Part shown: positions 25,835 through 39,600 of the stretch, one piece after another
How the letters are laid out: every line of letters starts with the position of its first letter
Numbering within the stretch: position 1 is the stretch's first letter
NCBI GenBank assembly: GCA_964252035.1
Contig: OZ176202.1
Length of the DNA stretch: 64,000 bases
DNA from: Podarcis erhardii
Taxonomy: Eukaryota
Reading direction: 5' to 3' (one strand)
Notes under the pieces: generated by a model
Database searches by the model: none
What the model was told of the DNA's origin: nothing
What the model saw: only the letters and a program-made list of their open reading frames with translations
Translations under genes and position numbers: made by a program

Positions 25835-25865
25835 TATCTGTAACTTAGCTTTTTATTGTTACATT

Positions 25866-26007
25866 TGTTAGCAACTGAGATATGAAAGCTGGGAGCAAAA
25901 TGGCACCTTAAACCTAGGTTATAGGCACAACAACAGAATGTCTAGACGTGCTTTTTTAATAACAAGAATGCGAAGCTGAAAATGAATGAACTGCAGCTAA
26001 AATATTA
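25866..26007 (-). mobile_element. Partial inverted copy of the 393/428-bp hAT family
   Basis: Reverse complement of the 3' part of 20312-20704 (tggcaccttaaacctaggttataggcacaac...ctgcagctaaaatatta). Confidence 0.88.
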
Positions 26008-29000
26008 TATTATGTATTCTCTAACCTCCTGGGACCTTCAGGTGATGACATAAACAAATGAACAAACATATTCTGGAATGCTTTGACTTTGGCAGACAAC
26101 ACAGTGTGAAACTGAATATATAAAAAATCTATGTCCCCTTTCACCCAGATGCTTTTATCTAACAGATAATACCAACTTAAGTCTTTGTTCTCCCACCCAA
26201 TATTTGCTGCTGCTAACAGCTTCAGCAGACCAAAGAGCAAGGCTAGAAAGGAGCGTGATGTGTCTGAATTTATATCAGGGGACATACCTCATGCTGAGAG
26301 AAAGAAACTTTGTCTTCTGCTGTTGCCTTTGAATCAGGTCAGTACTTGGGGATGGGAGGGAGTGGGACTGGATGCCAGAGAAGAGGCAGTCTTTGTTTTT
26401 CTTCCTAGGCTGTATTTGTTGGAGGACTATACTGTAGTTTGCAGGAAGCTAGCATTATATTGGCACTAGAGCTGTAAACTTCAGATACTAAGAGAAAACT
26501 AACACCATACATGCAGTAGGTCTGTGCATGTTTTCTTAAAGTGACCCCTGTTTTCACTGGTATTTACTGTCACTTAGTAGGTTTGCATAAGATGACAGCC
26601 TGAGCTTAATAGGTGATCCCCAGCTGCAGAAGGAATAGGCAAGGAAGGGGCAGGAAGGAAACAGGACAATGAGAGAAAGCAAAGTGAAGTTGAAAACAAA
26701 ATTGATAGTCTGCCCCCAGGACTCTTGCTACTGTAATGTGGAAGCACAAGCACAGTGCTACTCAAATTTCCTAACACTATTAAAATAATGATAAAAGCGG
26801 AAGAAATTCATGAAGGGATGAGTTGCAAAACTAGAATAAAGAAAGTAGCATTCTAAAGGCGAGTGCAGCACTTGGGTTTCAGTGAACACAAAATGCTATG
26901 CTGATTTCCATCTACAAGATTTGAGATGACAGAAAGGGTTAGCCAAAAAATGGAGCATTCAGCAGTGTTGTTGAAACAGAAGACGTGCAAGGAAAGCAGA
27001 TCCATTTACCAACAAACAAGCAAGGCCATGCAGTGTTTTAACATTTTTATAGCAGATATCTTACAAAGCCACCAGAGAGTTTTAGAGTGGGAGTGATTAA
27101 CTTAAGATAACTCCACATATTTTGGTATCCCAACTAGTCATAGCGTCTGAATTCTATGCAAAGAATTCAAGGCTTTGTCAGAGATGCAGGTAGCAAATGA
27201 ATTACAAGACTTTGCCCTTGGAGTTATAAAACACACTCTCGTGTTTTGCTAAAGTGGTTTCACAAGCTAGCAGTATCTCATGGATGACAAAAGAATACGG
27301 CTGATAACAGGAAAACCCAAATAATGAGGCTTGGAATGTGAAATCAGTTTGATTATGTTAAATGAATTTTTATGACTGCAGTATTTCCTCCAAAATAATT
27401 TAATTCAGATTCTTGTGATGTAGGCATGATCTTTTGGGAGAGGTCTGGTTGGGTGGGTAGGAGGTGCTCAGATTGCCTGAATTGCTCTGGTGTCTTGCCT
27501 TTATGCAGATGAATGCCATTGAAATGGGGACCTTTTAAGCCTATGCAGATCTGTGTGAGGATCATACCATTTTTCTTTCTTTTTTGCTACTACTTTTGAA
27601 ATTTCTAAGCTTAAAATATTTCCTTATACATTAAAGAAGCATACTTTGACTATCTACAATTTCTGAAACAACGGGGGTTAGAAAAATGGAAGATAGCCAT
27701 TCTGAAACTGAGTGGATTTTCTAGTCTGTGTAGGTGAATGTCAGTGAATCTTTGTGAATGTCATTATGGCAGAGACCTGAAGCTAGCATGCCTGTTACTT
27801 TTAAGATTCCCATACCCTTGGCTAGAATAGTTAGAAGCCCTCTGTGCCAACTCCCTTTTAACATGTGGCCGACAGGGAATTTTCACCTTATTGATGGCTA
27901 ACTAGGAATTGTGTTTTTCTTCCTGTGGTTTGCACTTGTTTCCAGTCAGCTAACCACTTATGACCTTACTGATTCAGGTAGCATAAGACAAAACAAAAAA
28001 ATCTATGCTTTAATAAACTTAATTAATTTGAAATGTGAGAGTTGACTGGGTACTATTCTATTCAGGGGATATAGTTTCCTTCATGCTGCCCAAATAACTT
28101 GAGATACACTAATGTAAGTTAATTGGAAGTTTGAGATGAAGATGAGTTGATGCTTGACCTGTACAGACTGCAAACGTAGTTGACAGTCCTCTATTCCTGG
28201 GTCAGTAAGATACTTATGAATAAAAGTTTCATGTTACCAAAGGTGCTTGGGTGTCATTGTCATTTGTTATCCTACAGGTAGGATTCATGTCTGTTGCAAT
28301 GTGCCAAATCAGAAAAAAGTAAAAAGACATCTGCAGGCATTTACTATTAGGAAAGAGCATGCAGTTAATTATATAGGAGGAAGTTAGGATGTTTTGCATT
28401 CTAACACAAGTTACAGTCCTATGAGTTATAAAGCACCTTTTCTTGTCCAGCATGCCTCCACCCCACAAAATGTAGGTAACTGTTCTGAAATCTATTGTTC
28501 CTCAAAACTGTTCCCAATAGTAGGTAACTACTATTGTCTTTTTCAATTCTGACATGTTCAGCCTCAAAAGATAACAAGATCAATGTGACTTCACTCTGGT
28601 AGGAGGGAGGGATGATACCCTACTGAGATCACAGAGGCTTTATCTATGTGTGGTGGCTATTGTAGGCCAGAAAGAATTCTTTATTTTTTGCTACAGCAAA
28701 ACTCTGTGAGGAAAATACCTTTGAGAAGCTGTGAAGTAGTGATAAGCTATGTAGCAGAATACAGATTATCTCCAGTTATTCGATTACAGTAAGACCGCAA
28801 TTTGTATGCATTGAACTTGTGCGCATTCAGCTTTATGTGCTTGGCAATATTAAAAAAAATAAATCAGAAAGGGGGCAGTTGTCTGGGTAAAAAGATTTTG
28901 GCAATCCCACCCATCATTGAACCCAGTGTGTCTGGACTATACTCAGTTTGGGCTTTAGGCACAATCCTCACTTTTTTCTGCTGTTGTTTTTATTGAAAAA

Positions 29001-30613
29001 GAAGCTGCGCTAGCGCTGACTGCTAAGCCAAAGTGTGTGGTTTATTTAAACCAAGGTCCAGTCTTATGACACCCACCCACCCACACTAACAGAGCCACAC
29101 ACCTCAATAGAATGGACTACAACTCTGAGCAGGCCCAGCCAGCATGGCCAATGGTTGAGAATGATGGGGACTTCAGTCCAAAACATCTGGAGGGTTCCAC
29201 GTTGGCTGCCCTGGTTTAAACAAGCCGTACACGTTAATCACATTTAAACAAACCGCACACGTTGGCTATGGGCGAATGTGGCCAGTAGCGGAGAGAGAAA
29301 ATATAATGACAATCCCTCCCTGTAAGCTTATATTCTAATAGATGGAAAAATGAGGAAATAGGGAGACTTCATTTTTATATTTCACTGAAATATAAAATGA
29401 CTTTATTACTGCCCAGTTCTTCCAGGACTAAAGCAGTTTCACAGCTCCTCTTAAACTCACATTTTAAAGACATTTGTTTCTTTCTGTCATTATGGTTGAT
29501 CTTCAGGGAAAAAAATCACAGTCCCAAGAGCTGGATGACAAGACTGTCTAGTTGTAAAAGTTGCTAATTACACGTTTTGAAGCATTTGCTTTTTTAATTT
29601 ATACCTGCAGACTTGCTTGTAGGCATGAGTTGTCATTTTGGTACAGCTACCTCTGCTAAATTTTGTAAACAAAGATTAGCCATTTTGTGTGTTGTTGTTA
29701 TTCTTCATACTTTGCTTCAAACCATTAACAGTTCACCACCAGGAATGCATGTAGTAGGCTTATATATATCTCCCCCATGCAGCATTGCAGTGTTAAGTCT
29801 GATTTAGGTAACTCTGAAGATGCAGCTCTCAGAAATTCTAGACATTGCAGAGAACAGTAGATAGTGCTGTCAGCTCCAGGATTTAGAGCAATGACTTCTG
29901 TTCTCCTGCACCAATAAATATATTTTTGTTGTTGTTCCTATGGAAAATGTATGCTTCTTTTTAGAAAGGGCTCCCAAGAGCATCTAACAAATCATAAAAT
30001 GAAATGAAAACACTATGATATATAAATATAATAGCAATCATGAAAGAAAGAAATGCAAATTTTGGGAAGTATCATTGTCAAAGTCAAAATAGATACAAGC
30101 TAATGCTGTGGGAGAGAAATAGTGCTGATGCTCCCATGGGTGCAAAACTATGGGTACTGCTGAGAGTGAAAAGTAAAGTTACTTTGGTCTACAACTGCCA
30201 TCCTCCTTGAGCATTGACTATGCTGCCTGGGGCAAATTGAACAACATATTGAGAGCCACAGTTTACCCATTTGTGGTCTGAAAGTTATTAAGAGATCTGC
30301 ACTTGGCAACGCTGAATACAGGTTCAAAATTAAGAGCATCTAACAAACTCCTCCTTTAAGCACCATCCAAAGTGGATGCCAGATTTTTGTGTCCACACTA
30401 AGCTGGGCCTTTTTAGTGGTAGCCACAGAGCTCTGGCATGCCCCTCCTGTGGCTTTTTAATTTCAGTCCTGTGTTGATGTACTTTCACAGGGAGTGATTA
30501 ATTGTCTTGTTGTGTTCTACAATACTGTGTTGTACACCACTTTTGGTGTGGGTGTACAGATAGAAAATAAATAATAAATACAGTGAACTGTTTCAATAAG
30601 TGTGGGTAGTAAT

Positions 30614-30837
30614 CAGTGGCGTGCAGTGATTTTTTTCATAGGGGAACAGTTAGGACCAGAGGCGCTAGCTTGGGGGGGGGGGTCGAAGGCATGCCTGTGA
30701 AGTCCTGATATTGCACATGAGCATCGTGCCTCCTTCCCTAAGCTGGGCAGAAGCTTCCCGGGTTTGGGAAGGAAGGCACCAGGGAAACATTTAGGAGACT
30801 AGCCGAGTCCTCTTAGTCCAATAACCTCATGCCACTG
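30614..30837. mobile_element. Non-autonomous hAT element, 224 bp
   Basis: CAGTGGCGTG / CATGCCACTG termini; perfect 8-bp target-site duplication GTAGTAAT. Confidence 0.88.
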
Positions 30838-31318
30838 GTAGTAATGTATTAGCATGTGAGAGTCAGCACTGGAATGTATTCTCATCTCTCCACTTAGCTG
30901 CTTAAGTGTGTTCTCAGCTTTTGCTACTTAGTAATCCTTAGTAGAGGAAATAAGGAAAGCACACATAGTAGTAGTACAGTGTAGGAAGAAACAGGAATAG
31001 TCCATTCCACTTGATGTTTAATCCTTATGGCAATTGGCAGTAATTTGTATTTCCTCTTCTAGGAATAATTGCAGTGTAGAAAATTCCTATCATTCTACAT
31101 CAACTTCTTTTGGTCATGTTTCTTTCCAAGAACTGTGATATGCTTTTCTCTCTTCTTTTGCTTTTTAGAAAAAACCCACTTAAGGATTCTATACAAGATT
31201 GTACATGAATCTTTCAGAGAAATTTCCCCCCCAAGGTTTCTCTCTCTCCAAAAAACAGTGTTTATATAGGCCACCCAATAACATCTCTGAATGACTCACT
31301 AAAATGCAATATTAAAAC

Positions 31319-31347
31319 ACAACAACAACAACAACAACAACAACAAC
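31319..31347. repeat. (AAC)n microsatellite
   Basis: Direct reading of the sequence. Confidence 0.9.
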
Positions 31348-32867
31348 TGGTTAGAGAAAACTAGTTTCAAATCATGGCAGAAAATATTTAACATGTATGT
31401 AGCAAATTCCAATTCAGAACTTAAAAATCGTAGGTCTTAAAAAACTTCCCATGTAACTGAAGTAACTATAAAGAAGTTGTCAGGTGAGTGTGAGAAGGGT
31501 ATTTCACAACTGGGGTGTTATCACTTTGCCTGGTAGTCATCCTTCTCATTTCACTTGGCTCAAGTAAGGCTTTTGAAGGGGGTTTTGGAATAGAGAATTA
31601 GCACACAAAAGATGTTCATTAATGCTCTGGTTCTCATACTCAAGTTTTTAAGTGGCAGGCAGCTTCCCTGAACACAAGAAATGTTTTTCTCTCTGGAAAC
31701 ACCCAAGTGTGATCAGCTGGAGTGCTTGTTTAAAATATATTCTGGATACCAGTGTTCTAAACAATTTGTTGATTTTATCTGTCCACATTGTTAAACAATT
31801 AGAATTGTTTGTTGAGATGTGAGATCAAAGCATTTTGTTCATTGTTTTCCCCTTGACCTTTTTGTTGTTTCTTTTGGTCAGGGATTATTATTTTTCATCT
31901 GTTTCCCCAAACACACCAAGTGGATTTAAATCAACCAGTGGTAGAGCTCAGGGTAACTCAGCAGGCTGGAGGGGAATGAGGAATGTTTAAAAGAATAAGG
32001 CAAATAGGAGCATGCTAAAGTGTTGTCAACTAGCTGAGCTATGATGTTGCACAAGCAAATGTTGGTTGTCTATGGGGTGAAAAGGATGTGTCTGATTCAG
32101 TCCTATAGGTCTGAGTTAGGCTGTCTGAAATCTCCTCTTCTCTTCTTGGATGCCTTTATAAGTCAGTAAAAAGCCTTAGTAAGAACTTTTCATTCCAGAG
32201 AAATCTTGTTTTTGTCCTAGTGGTGACAACAAATGTTCCTTTTTGAAAAAATAAATAAAAACATAGCCACACAGTTTGGAGTCTTGTGGGGAGCATAAAA
32301 AAACTTGGGGGCAGATCTAGGCAGTGCTATTTTTCCAGGAAAAAGATATGCTGGAACTCACCAGGAACAGATCCTTTGTTCTCTTATACAGTAATGGCAA
32401 TGTTGCCCACCTGAGAGGTGCCGGAAGTCAGTTCTGGCGAGTTCTGGCTGAAAAAAGCTCTGGCTCTAGGTCACATGCTAGCCCAAGTTTATGGAAGCTA
32501 TTGAGAACTAGCTGCATTTGTGTGTGTGGCGGGCAAACTTTCAATTAGGACAAAGCTCTTCAGACACTTACTTCACATGCAGTTTTATTCCACAGTATTG
32601 CTTCTTTGCTGGAATCTCATACTGAGTTTATTGTTTGGCCTAAATTTTTTACTTTTACCACAGAAACTCAGATTCCTATTTATTTTATTTTACCAGATTT
32701 ATTTATTTTTCATGAAATAATACAAACTATTCCATTCATCCTACCAGTCTCCCTAGAATTGATGCGCTACTTTACACTTTTAAGTGCTAAGAATGAATAT
32801 CTTTATTCCTGGGCCACCCAGTGAGTCCTTAACTTTCCTGTCTTATCAGGCATAGCACCCCATATAT

Positions 32868-32910
32868 CAGGGTGCCCAAACTTTTTTTCAACGGACTTTG
32901 GACATGCCTG
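32868..32910. mobile_element. 43-bp minimal hAT derivative
   Basis: CAGGGTGCCCAAAC...TTTGGACATGCCTG flanked by a perfect 8-bp duplication CCATATAT. Confidence 0.78.
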
Positions 32911-34462
32911 CCATATATAAATGTGCCTGCTGTTTCTTCACTCCAGATAATAATAGTGAAGGGATTTTTTTACTGACTCGAGGTTCCACTGTATCTTGTA
33001 GTGTCTACAACACAGTACCTGTAATGCTTATGAGCCATTAAGAAAATATTTAGGCTAATGTTTCTTCAAAGGGAAATGTGAATCATTTATAATAAAACTC
33101 AGTTTTAACCATTCTTCTACAACCTTTTTTTTTCTTTTGTCCGCCTCAGAGCCCCCCGCCCCATTTCATGTTCTGTATAACAAAAATGTTTTCATTTAGA
33201 ATACATCATACAAACTCTGGCAGTTACATGCAAGAGTAATGGAGCAGAAAATTTCCCATGTCCTGCTATAATGGCTGAAAAGGACAGCTTGGCGGATTGC
33301 AAATGGAAACTTAAAAATACATTCCTTGCTAAACAGAAATATTGGAAAATCAGTGATCTGATTAATTTCTCTCAAATGTCTATATGTTCAATTTTGGTGG
33401 CCACAGTATAATGCCTTGTTGTTGGTGCATCTGTAATACTGGTGCATCCTTGTTGTTGGTGCATCAGTAATAAAGACATGCCTAAGAACACCTGTAGAAA
33501 ACCTATGGCTCACCTGCAGGGATTTCTGTGGTAGTCTTCATCCTTAGCGCAAACTAGGCTGTGAGCAGAGAAAGGATAGCCTGTGTCACACTCACACTAA
33601 AATATGTTTTTTAATAGATATTTGTTTGAGACCTCGGTCTATCTTCAGATATGGAGTTGCCACTCAGTTGTGCTCAAATTTGCAGAGACTCCTGTCACAT
33701 GAGCTGAATTTAATTGACAAATCAAAACAGCACCATGTATTCGTCTGTTGTTACGATGCTTATTAACAAAGATTGGATACCGTTTCCACTTCCTAGGGAT
33801 CTAGGATTTCTCTAACTGTAGCCTATTTATTTTCATAGGCTGGTTCCTTGTGAAGAATCTCATATCACCAGTTTCACTATCAGCATGCAATGGGAGCAAA
33901 GAACACCCAAGAGTGTTGTGTTTGTAGGCAGGTAGTGGATGCATGTCCACTCCGCCAGCAGCCTTTTGCACTTCCAGTGCTGCATCTGTGCATCTGAAAC
34001 CTCTATTGATGGTGCAATGTGTCCTGAATGACAAGGGGAAAGGCTCAATGCCCAGAACATATTCCCACAGGCACAGCTGTTTGAGTCACCTCTGTTCTAT
34101 AGACATGGCATTCCTCTGCCCATCAAACCAAGATGCTGCTGCTGGAATAAGATCTCAGTGGAGATGTCAGCTTCATTCTAGGAAAAAAAAATCACCACTG
34201 ACACAAACAAATGTGCTGAGTATTTTCTCAGTCTAGTGTTGCTTCAGGCTTTCTGAGTGATGACTGTCACCTAACTGCAGGTGATGGCTTCTCAGCATCC
34301 CCAGGCTTACACATGGTGGTGGCAGCGGCAGAGGGGATCTAAATGACCAACAAATTGGCATTAAATTTCAAGTAAAACTTCCTAGTATCTTTGGAAGCCT
34401 GGCAAAAGTGAAAGTGTATCCCCTTGAATTTGTTTAGCTGGTAGGTATTGAAAAGGAAAAGG

Positions 34463-34595
34463 CAGGCTTCCTCAGCCTCGGCCCTCCAGATGTTTTAGAC
34501 TACAGTTCCTATCATCCCTAACCACTGGTCCTGCTAGCTAGGGATCATGGGAGTTGTAGGCCAAAAACATCTGGAGGGCCAAAAACATCTGGAGT
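34463..34595. mobile_element. Palindromic hAT MITE with a rearranged right end
   Basis: Same family as 6217-6352; ccaaaaacatctggag is tandemly duplicated at the right end. Confidence 0.85.
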
Positions 34596-34679
34596 TGGGG
34601 TGAGGGCTGTGTTCTCACCCCAATTATCTTTGGCATGTTCTTCTTCCTGTTGCTCTCCTATGCCTTCAGCTTGACTGAA

Positions 34680-35615
34680 GACTGTGTGTGCATCCATTCA
34701 AGGTGTGACAGGGGCCTGTTCAATCTAGCACATTTCCGCACCAAGAGAAAAGTGTGTTGGGTCCTTATCCAAAAGATGTTTGCAGATGTCGCAGCCTCGA
34801 CAGCGCACTCTGAGGAAGCTCTGCAGGGACTCATCAACCGTTTTGCTCAAGCCTGCAAGGAAACCGGCCTTACCATCAGCCTGATGAAGACCAACATCCT
34901 GGGTCAGGACATTGCCAGCACCCCACACATCAGCATTAGTGATCACACATTTGAAGTGGTAGACAATTTTGTCTACCTGGGTTCCACTATAACCAGCAAC
35001 CTCTCAATCAGCGCTAAGCTGGACTAGCGTATTAGTAAGACAGCTATGAAGAAGGCTCGCCTCTCCAAAAGGGTATGGGAGAATGTGATGTTCATGTCAA
35101 TACCAAGATGACGGTCTACCAGGCTTGCATGTTGAGCATGCTGCTTTATGGGAGTGAGTCATGGGCAACTAAGATCTGCTTCCACATGTGCTGCACCAGG
35201 AAGATTTTGGGTATCATATGGCAGGACAGAGTTTCAAACAAGGATGTGCTGTCTATTTCAGCTTGGTCATGTCCACAGAATGGAAGATGGCAGGTGGAAG
35301 GTGGCTTCAGGCACTAGGCCTATTGGCAAACCAGCATTGCATTACAAAGATGTCTGGGCAACATTAACTCCACCATGTGGGAATCCCTTGCAGACATCCG
35401 CAGGGCCTGGAGACATCAATGACTAGAGGAGGAATGACCACTGGGAGGAGTGCAGGGAGAAGAAATGCCATGGCGCACCTGTAGCAGGACAGCAGGTCAC
35501 CTTCATCTGTCCCAGCTGCTACAAAACATGTTTCTCCTGTATTGGTCTCTACAGCCACAGCAAGTGCTGTAACTCTCCAACAGTATGACCTTCCATTGTC
35601 TCCTGAGACAGACAG
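34680..35615 (+). mobile_element. Degraded, 5'-truncated RTE-clade LINE (not BovB), covering the end of the RT domain to the 3' end
   Basis: ORFs 34635..35027 and 35075..35317 give LFNLAHFRTKRKV..MFADVAASTAHSEEALQGLINRFAQACKETGLTISL.KTNILGQD and YQACMLSMLLYGSESW...ILGIIWQDRVSNKDVL; stops and deletions are present. Confidence 0.88.
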
Positions 35616-36469
35616 AGCAAAAGGAGCTTTATAGTCTTGTGATAGTTTGAGATTATCTTTCTTTGATCTCAGAGTACTAGCACTAATGTGATTCTGGGCT
35701 TTGGAATCTGTGCCTTTGACCAGCAGCCCCTATGGGATAGGGAAGGAAGCACCCAGTTTGAGGGCAGTAGGCAAAAATATATAGGAATAAATATATTCAT
35801 TTACTTATATGTCCACAAGCATTTCATAAGTTTATTTCACAATAAGCCTGTCTTCTGTGAGCTGTTCTATTTCAATCACATTTCAAACAGTCTATAGCTC
35901 TATGAAGCTATAAATATTCTTTAAACTGAGATTTTCCTAGATTAATATCCCTAGGTTGCACACACAAAAATTGCTTCAAGGACTGCATTTTTCTGTATTA
36001 GATATAAATGGAGAACTCTTGATAGCATGTATGCGAGGTTAAGCACTGCTAAGGGCAAGATTGCTGTGTTTGGCTGCCTTCAAATCTCCATTTCACCATG
36101 AATCTTGCAAGCTAGCCTTGGGTAACTCACTGACCGTGCTCAGCTGTCGTGTTAAAGTAAACCATAGCCTCAAATTGGCTTGTTTCAAACAAATCAAAGT
36201 TCAGCTGACAGGAGTAACTGTGGTTTTTAGAACTAGAACCCAAAGCTTCTGAGTCCTCCTCATGGCCACTCTAGGGAAGATGAATTGTTTGTGCCAGAAG
36301 CTCACCTAGGCTTATTCATGTCATGCTTAAGCTATTGCTTAGCCACAGGCATAGCTAACTTGGTGCCCTCCAGTTGTTGTTGAACTAAAACTCCCTCACC
36401 ATTGGCCTTGTGAATTGTGATTTAACAACATCTGGAAGACAACATGTTGGCTACCACTAGTTTGATATT

Positions 36470-36678
36470 GGGTTTGTTGCTGGTTTTCTTTTTCTTTTTT
36501 TGTATTTTTGTTTTAGATCTTATGACATGTGGAAATTGTTTAATTTGGTCATGTTCCTTTTTGATATTTTATTTATTGTTTATGACTACTTTTGTTATGT
36601 TTGTAGTTACGCATTGTTTCATGTTGTAAGCCACCTTGAGCATGGCATTAATCATGGAAAGGCAGCATACAAATAAAA
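36470..36678 (+). mobile_element. L2 LINE 3' UTR fragment
   Basis: T-rich 3' UTR ending tgtaagccaccttgagcatggc...ggaaaggcagcatacaaataaaa, the L2 terminal stem-loop signature. Confidence 0.65.
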
Positions 36679-39600
36679 ATATGTCTGTATGTATTATATG
36701 ACTTGCAAACACTATCCCTTTATCTTGCCAAACCTGACTGCCATTGCTTTGGGTGAAATCTTAAGTCCCACCTAGTCCCTATTCAGTTCAGTAGGACTTA
36801 CTTCTGAGTAGATGTAGTTAGGATTGTGCTGTAAATTCATATGTTTGAAGCTGTAATTTTAAATGTACTTAATAAATGTGAGTGATCAGAGTTGTACCTG
36901 AACCTACGATGCAAATTGAAATCTTGAAGTGTGAGAAATAACCCCGTATTAAATATATTTACATGCTTCTTGTTAAGGCTTGCTAAAGTCGATCTGCTTG
37001 CTAGCTCACATGCTTTGTTGTCATACAATCCGTATACTGCATGATGCTCTCCAAAGTAATTCGAAACTTTGTTGATTCCTGCAGCAGAAGGAAAGGATAT
37101 TGCTCAATAAAATAAGTAAACAGACATTACATGCAGTTCGACTTATTTGACTTTTTTTTACAGCAGCCAGAATATTGTCTGCTTGTTTCTTCAGCTAATC
37201 AAATAAATGTTTAAACGTTTACATCTCTTTTAGCAGGGAAGATTCAAGGCTTCTTTTAGCTGTAATTTTTGCAATGAAGGAAATTAGGACATCCACGTTT
37301 TTTGCACTCTTGAGACGGAAAGTTTACTTCAAAGCTTTGCCAAATTTGTAAAATATTTGAGAGGTCTGATTATCTACACTTCAGATAGACAGCTCTCAGA
37401 AGCTTTGGGCAGAAGCTAGTCCTTTGTTTATACATTAATTTTATATCATCATGTGAAGTTTTATGTTCGTTCACAAAATACATGCCTGGTGCTTACCTGC
37501 AGACCCGAAGCACCCTGATTCAAAATATAAACAAAACTGGCTGTAATTAGAATCCGAGTCCTCCAGAATGTCTTTGAATATTTGCCAAAGAAATGCTAGT
37601 TGTGTGAAATTCTACCTGAAGATACTTCTTATGCTCCCTCAAAAGTTCCAAGGAACAGGGTGGCTTTTTAGATGCAGAGACGAGAGAGATTGCTCACAGC
37701 ATAAACAAGAGTAAAGAGAGACAGAGTAGAATCTGGATTTTGTTAACACAGGATGCAGCTGGTACTTTTCCCTAGGATAATTTGAGGTGGGGGGAGGACT
37801 CTCTCCACCTTCCTTTGACAATGGAATCTACTGTGCAGTGTAAATCTTACTCGTTTATAGTCAGCTTGGGTAACCAAAGTATCCCTTAAAAGAGATGAAA
37901 GGAAAACATGAATTTACAAAGATCATATCTAGGGTAAAGCACTTACAGCACAAACCTTTTCTTTTAAATACCAAATAAACACAGCAAAGCCAAATATTTG
38001 CTTCTCACAAGCCAGAGAACAAATTTACTTCTTATATACAGCAGCTTCTGCTGTCTCTTTGCGTGCAGTTTGTGGGTGAGGTGGCGGATAAAATGTTCCC
38101 TCTCTCTTCATTTCTATGGCAGAACTTGGCCTGAATGAACCATTTTCTCCTTAGGTACGCTGTCGCTTCCTTCCGTTTCGGGCTTCTTGTCATGGGGAGA
38201 ACCTTGCAGTGATCCGGTTGCCATTCCAGCTGGAAAGCTCATTTGGCTTTTGGTTTGGTCAAAGTAATGAAGGAAAAGGAGGCTGCGTGCATTTGTTTTA
38301 TATGGAAAATAGCTCTGGAGAGAAGGGGAGAGGGAGAGAACGAAGAAGCTCTAGCATTATTTTTCCTAGTGCTTTTACTTTTGTGCTATACTTCCGGTCT
38401 TCGCTAAGTTTTTACACGTGCCTCGTTTCAACCCAGAAAAATAGACAGTGAAAGTTCCTTAGATGGTTTCACAGGATGCTTTGCTTTCTTGCTTCAAAAT
38501 AATTGAAATCAAGCTAACCAATATGCAAAATTGAGTGCAGTTTTCTACACAGTGGAATGGTGTAGCAGCCTGAATAAACTACTTGCTACTACATGCGGTC
38601 TGAGGAATTTTGACACTTGCGATTTTCCAGATATCTAAGATGTGTTATGTCAAGGCATTTACAATTACACTCTGGCCCAGTGAAGTTCCTGATACCTTCC
38701 CCATGGTTCAGCGAAGGAGAGCCCCCCCCCCCCCCCGGCCATGGGTTCATATGCTGCTGCTGCTTCCTCCCTTCTCATTCATGATTCCTTCTTCTCCTTT
38801 TTTAGAGCTTGCCACCATGCAGTGTTACGTCTGTAGCAATATAAATGCTTAGCTGAAGCCTGCTTCTGACCATGGTTACAAACTCTAGTCAGAATCTAAG
38901 CATGTCTAGTTTTACCATCAGTGCTGACACAATGCTATATCATCTGAAAACATAATGCTAGCTCTGAAAAGGGAATGGAAAGAGTCATTTACCCATAAGA
39001 GCAGAGGAAAGAGCAGAAAGGAAAACTCAACCCCACAGGACACTCCTGCACTCCTAATTATAGCTGGGAAATCGGAAATGTCCCATCTACATCATGTCTG
39101 AAAAATAACTTGACCATATTGTAATTCCTTTTCAGTAGATGCACAATTGTCTTACTTGTGTGTCTTAATGAGACAGGAAAAAGACATTATTAAACTAATT
39201 CCCACTCTCTGCTTAGACCTAAGGCAAGATACAAAAATCTGAGCTGAGGACAGGATTGGTGGAATGGCTGCTGATGTCACAAAGCCCCCCCCCCCCCAGC
39301 AACTGGCCCCAGATAGACATTTGATAATATTGTTACAGGAATTAGCTGCAGCTGGCTGGGAACTGAAAGGAAGTGGGAAAAGAAGCAAAGTTAATTAAGT
39401 GTTGAGGTTGTAGAAGAGGACAGAGGGAAAGGAATTATTATGGAAGTGCAGAAGCTGTTCAGATCTGGGTACGTAATTTATGGTGGTTACTAGTCTTGTG
39501 TTGCTTATCTGGGCCTTCACATTGTAGAAGGAAGAGGAAGGTTGGCAGGAGAAAGACAGAAGGAACCAATTATGTGTCTTTTGGTAAATATATCTTCCAA

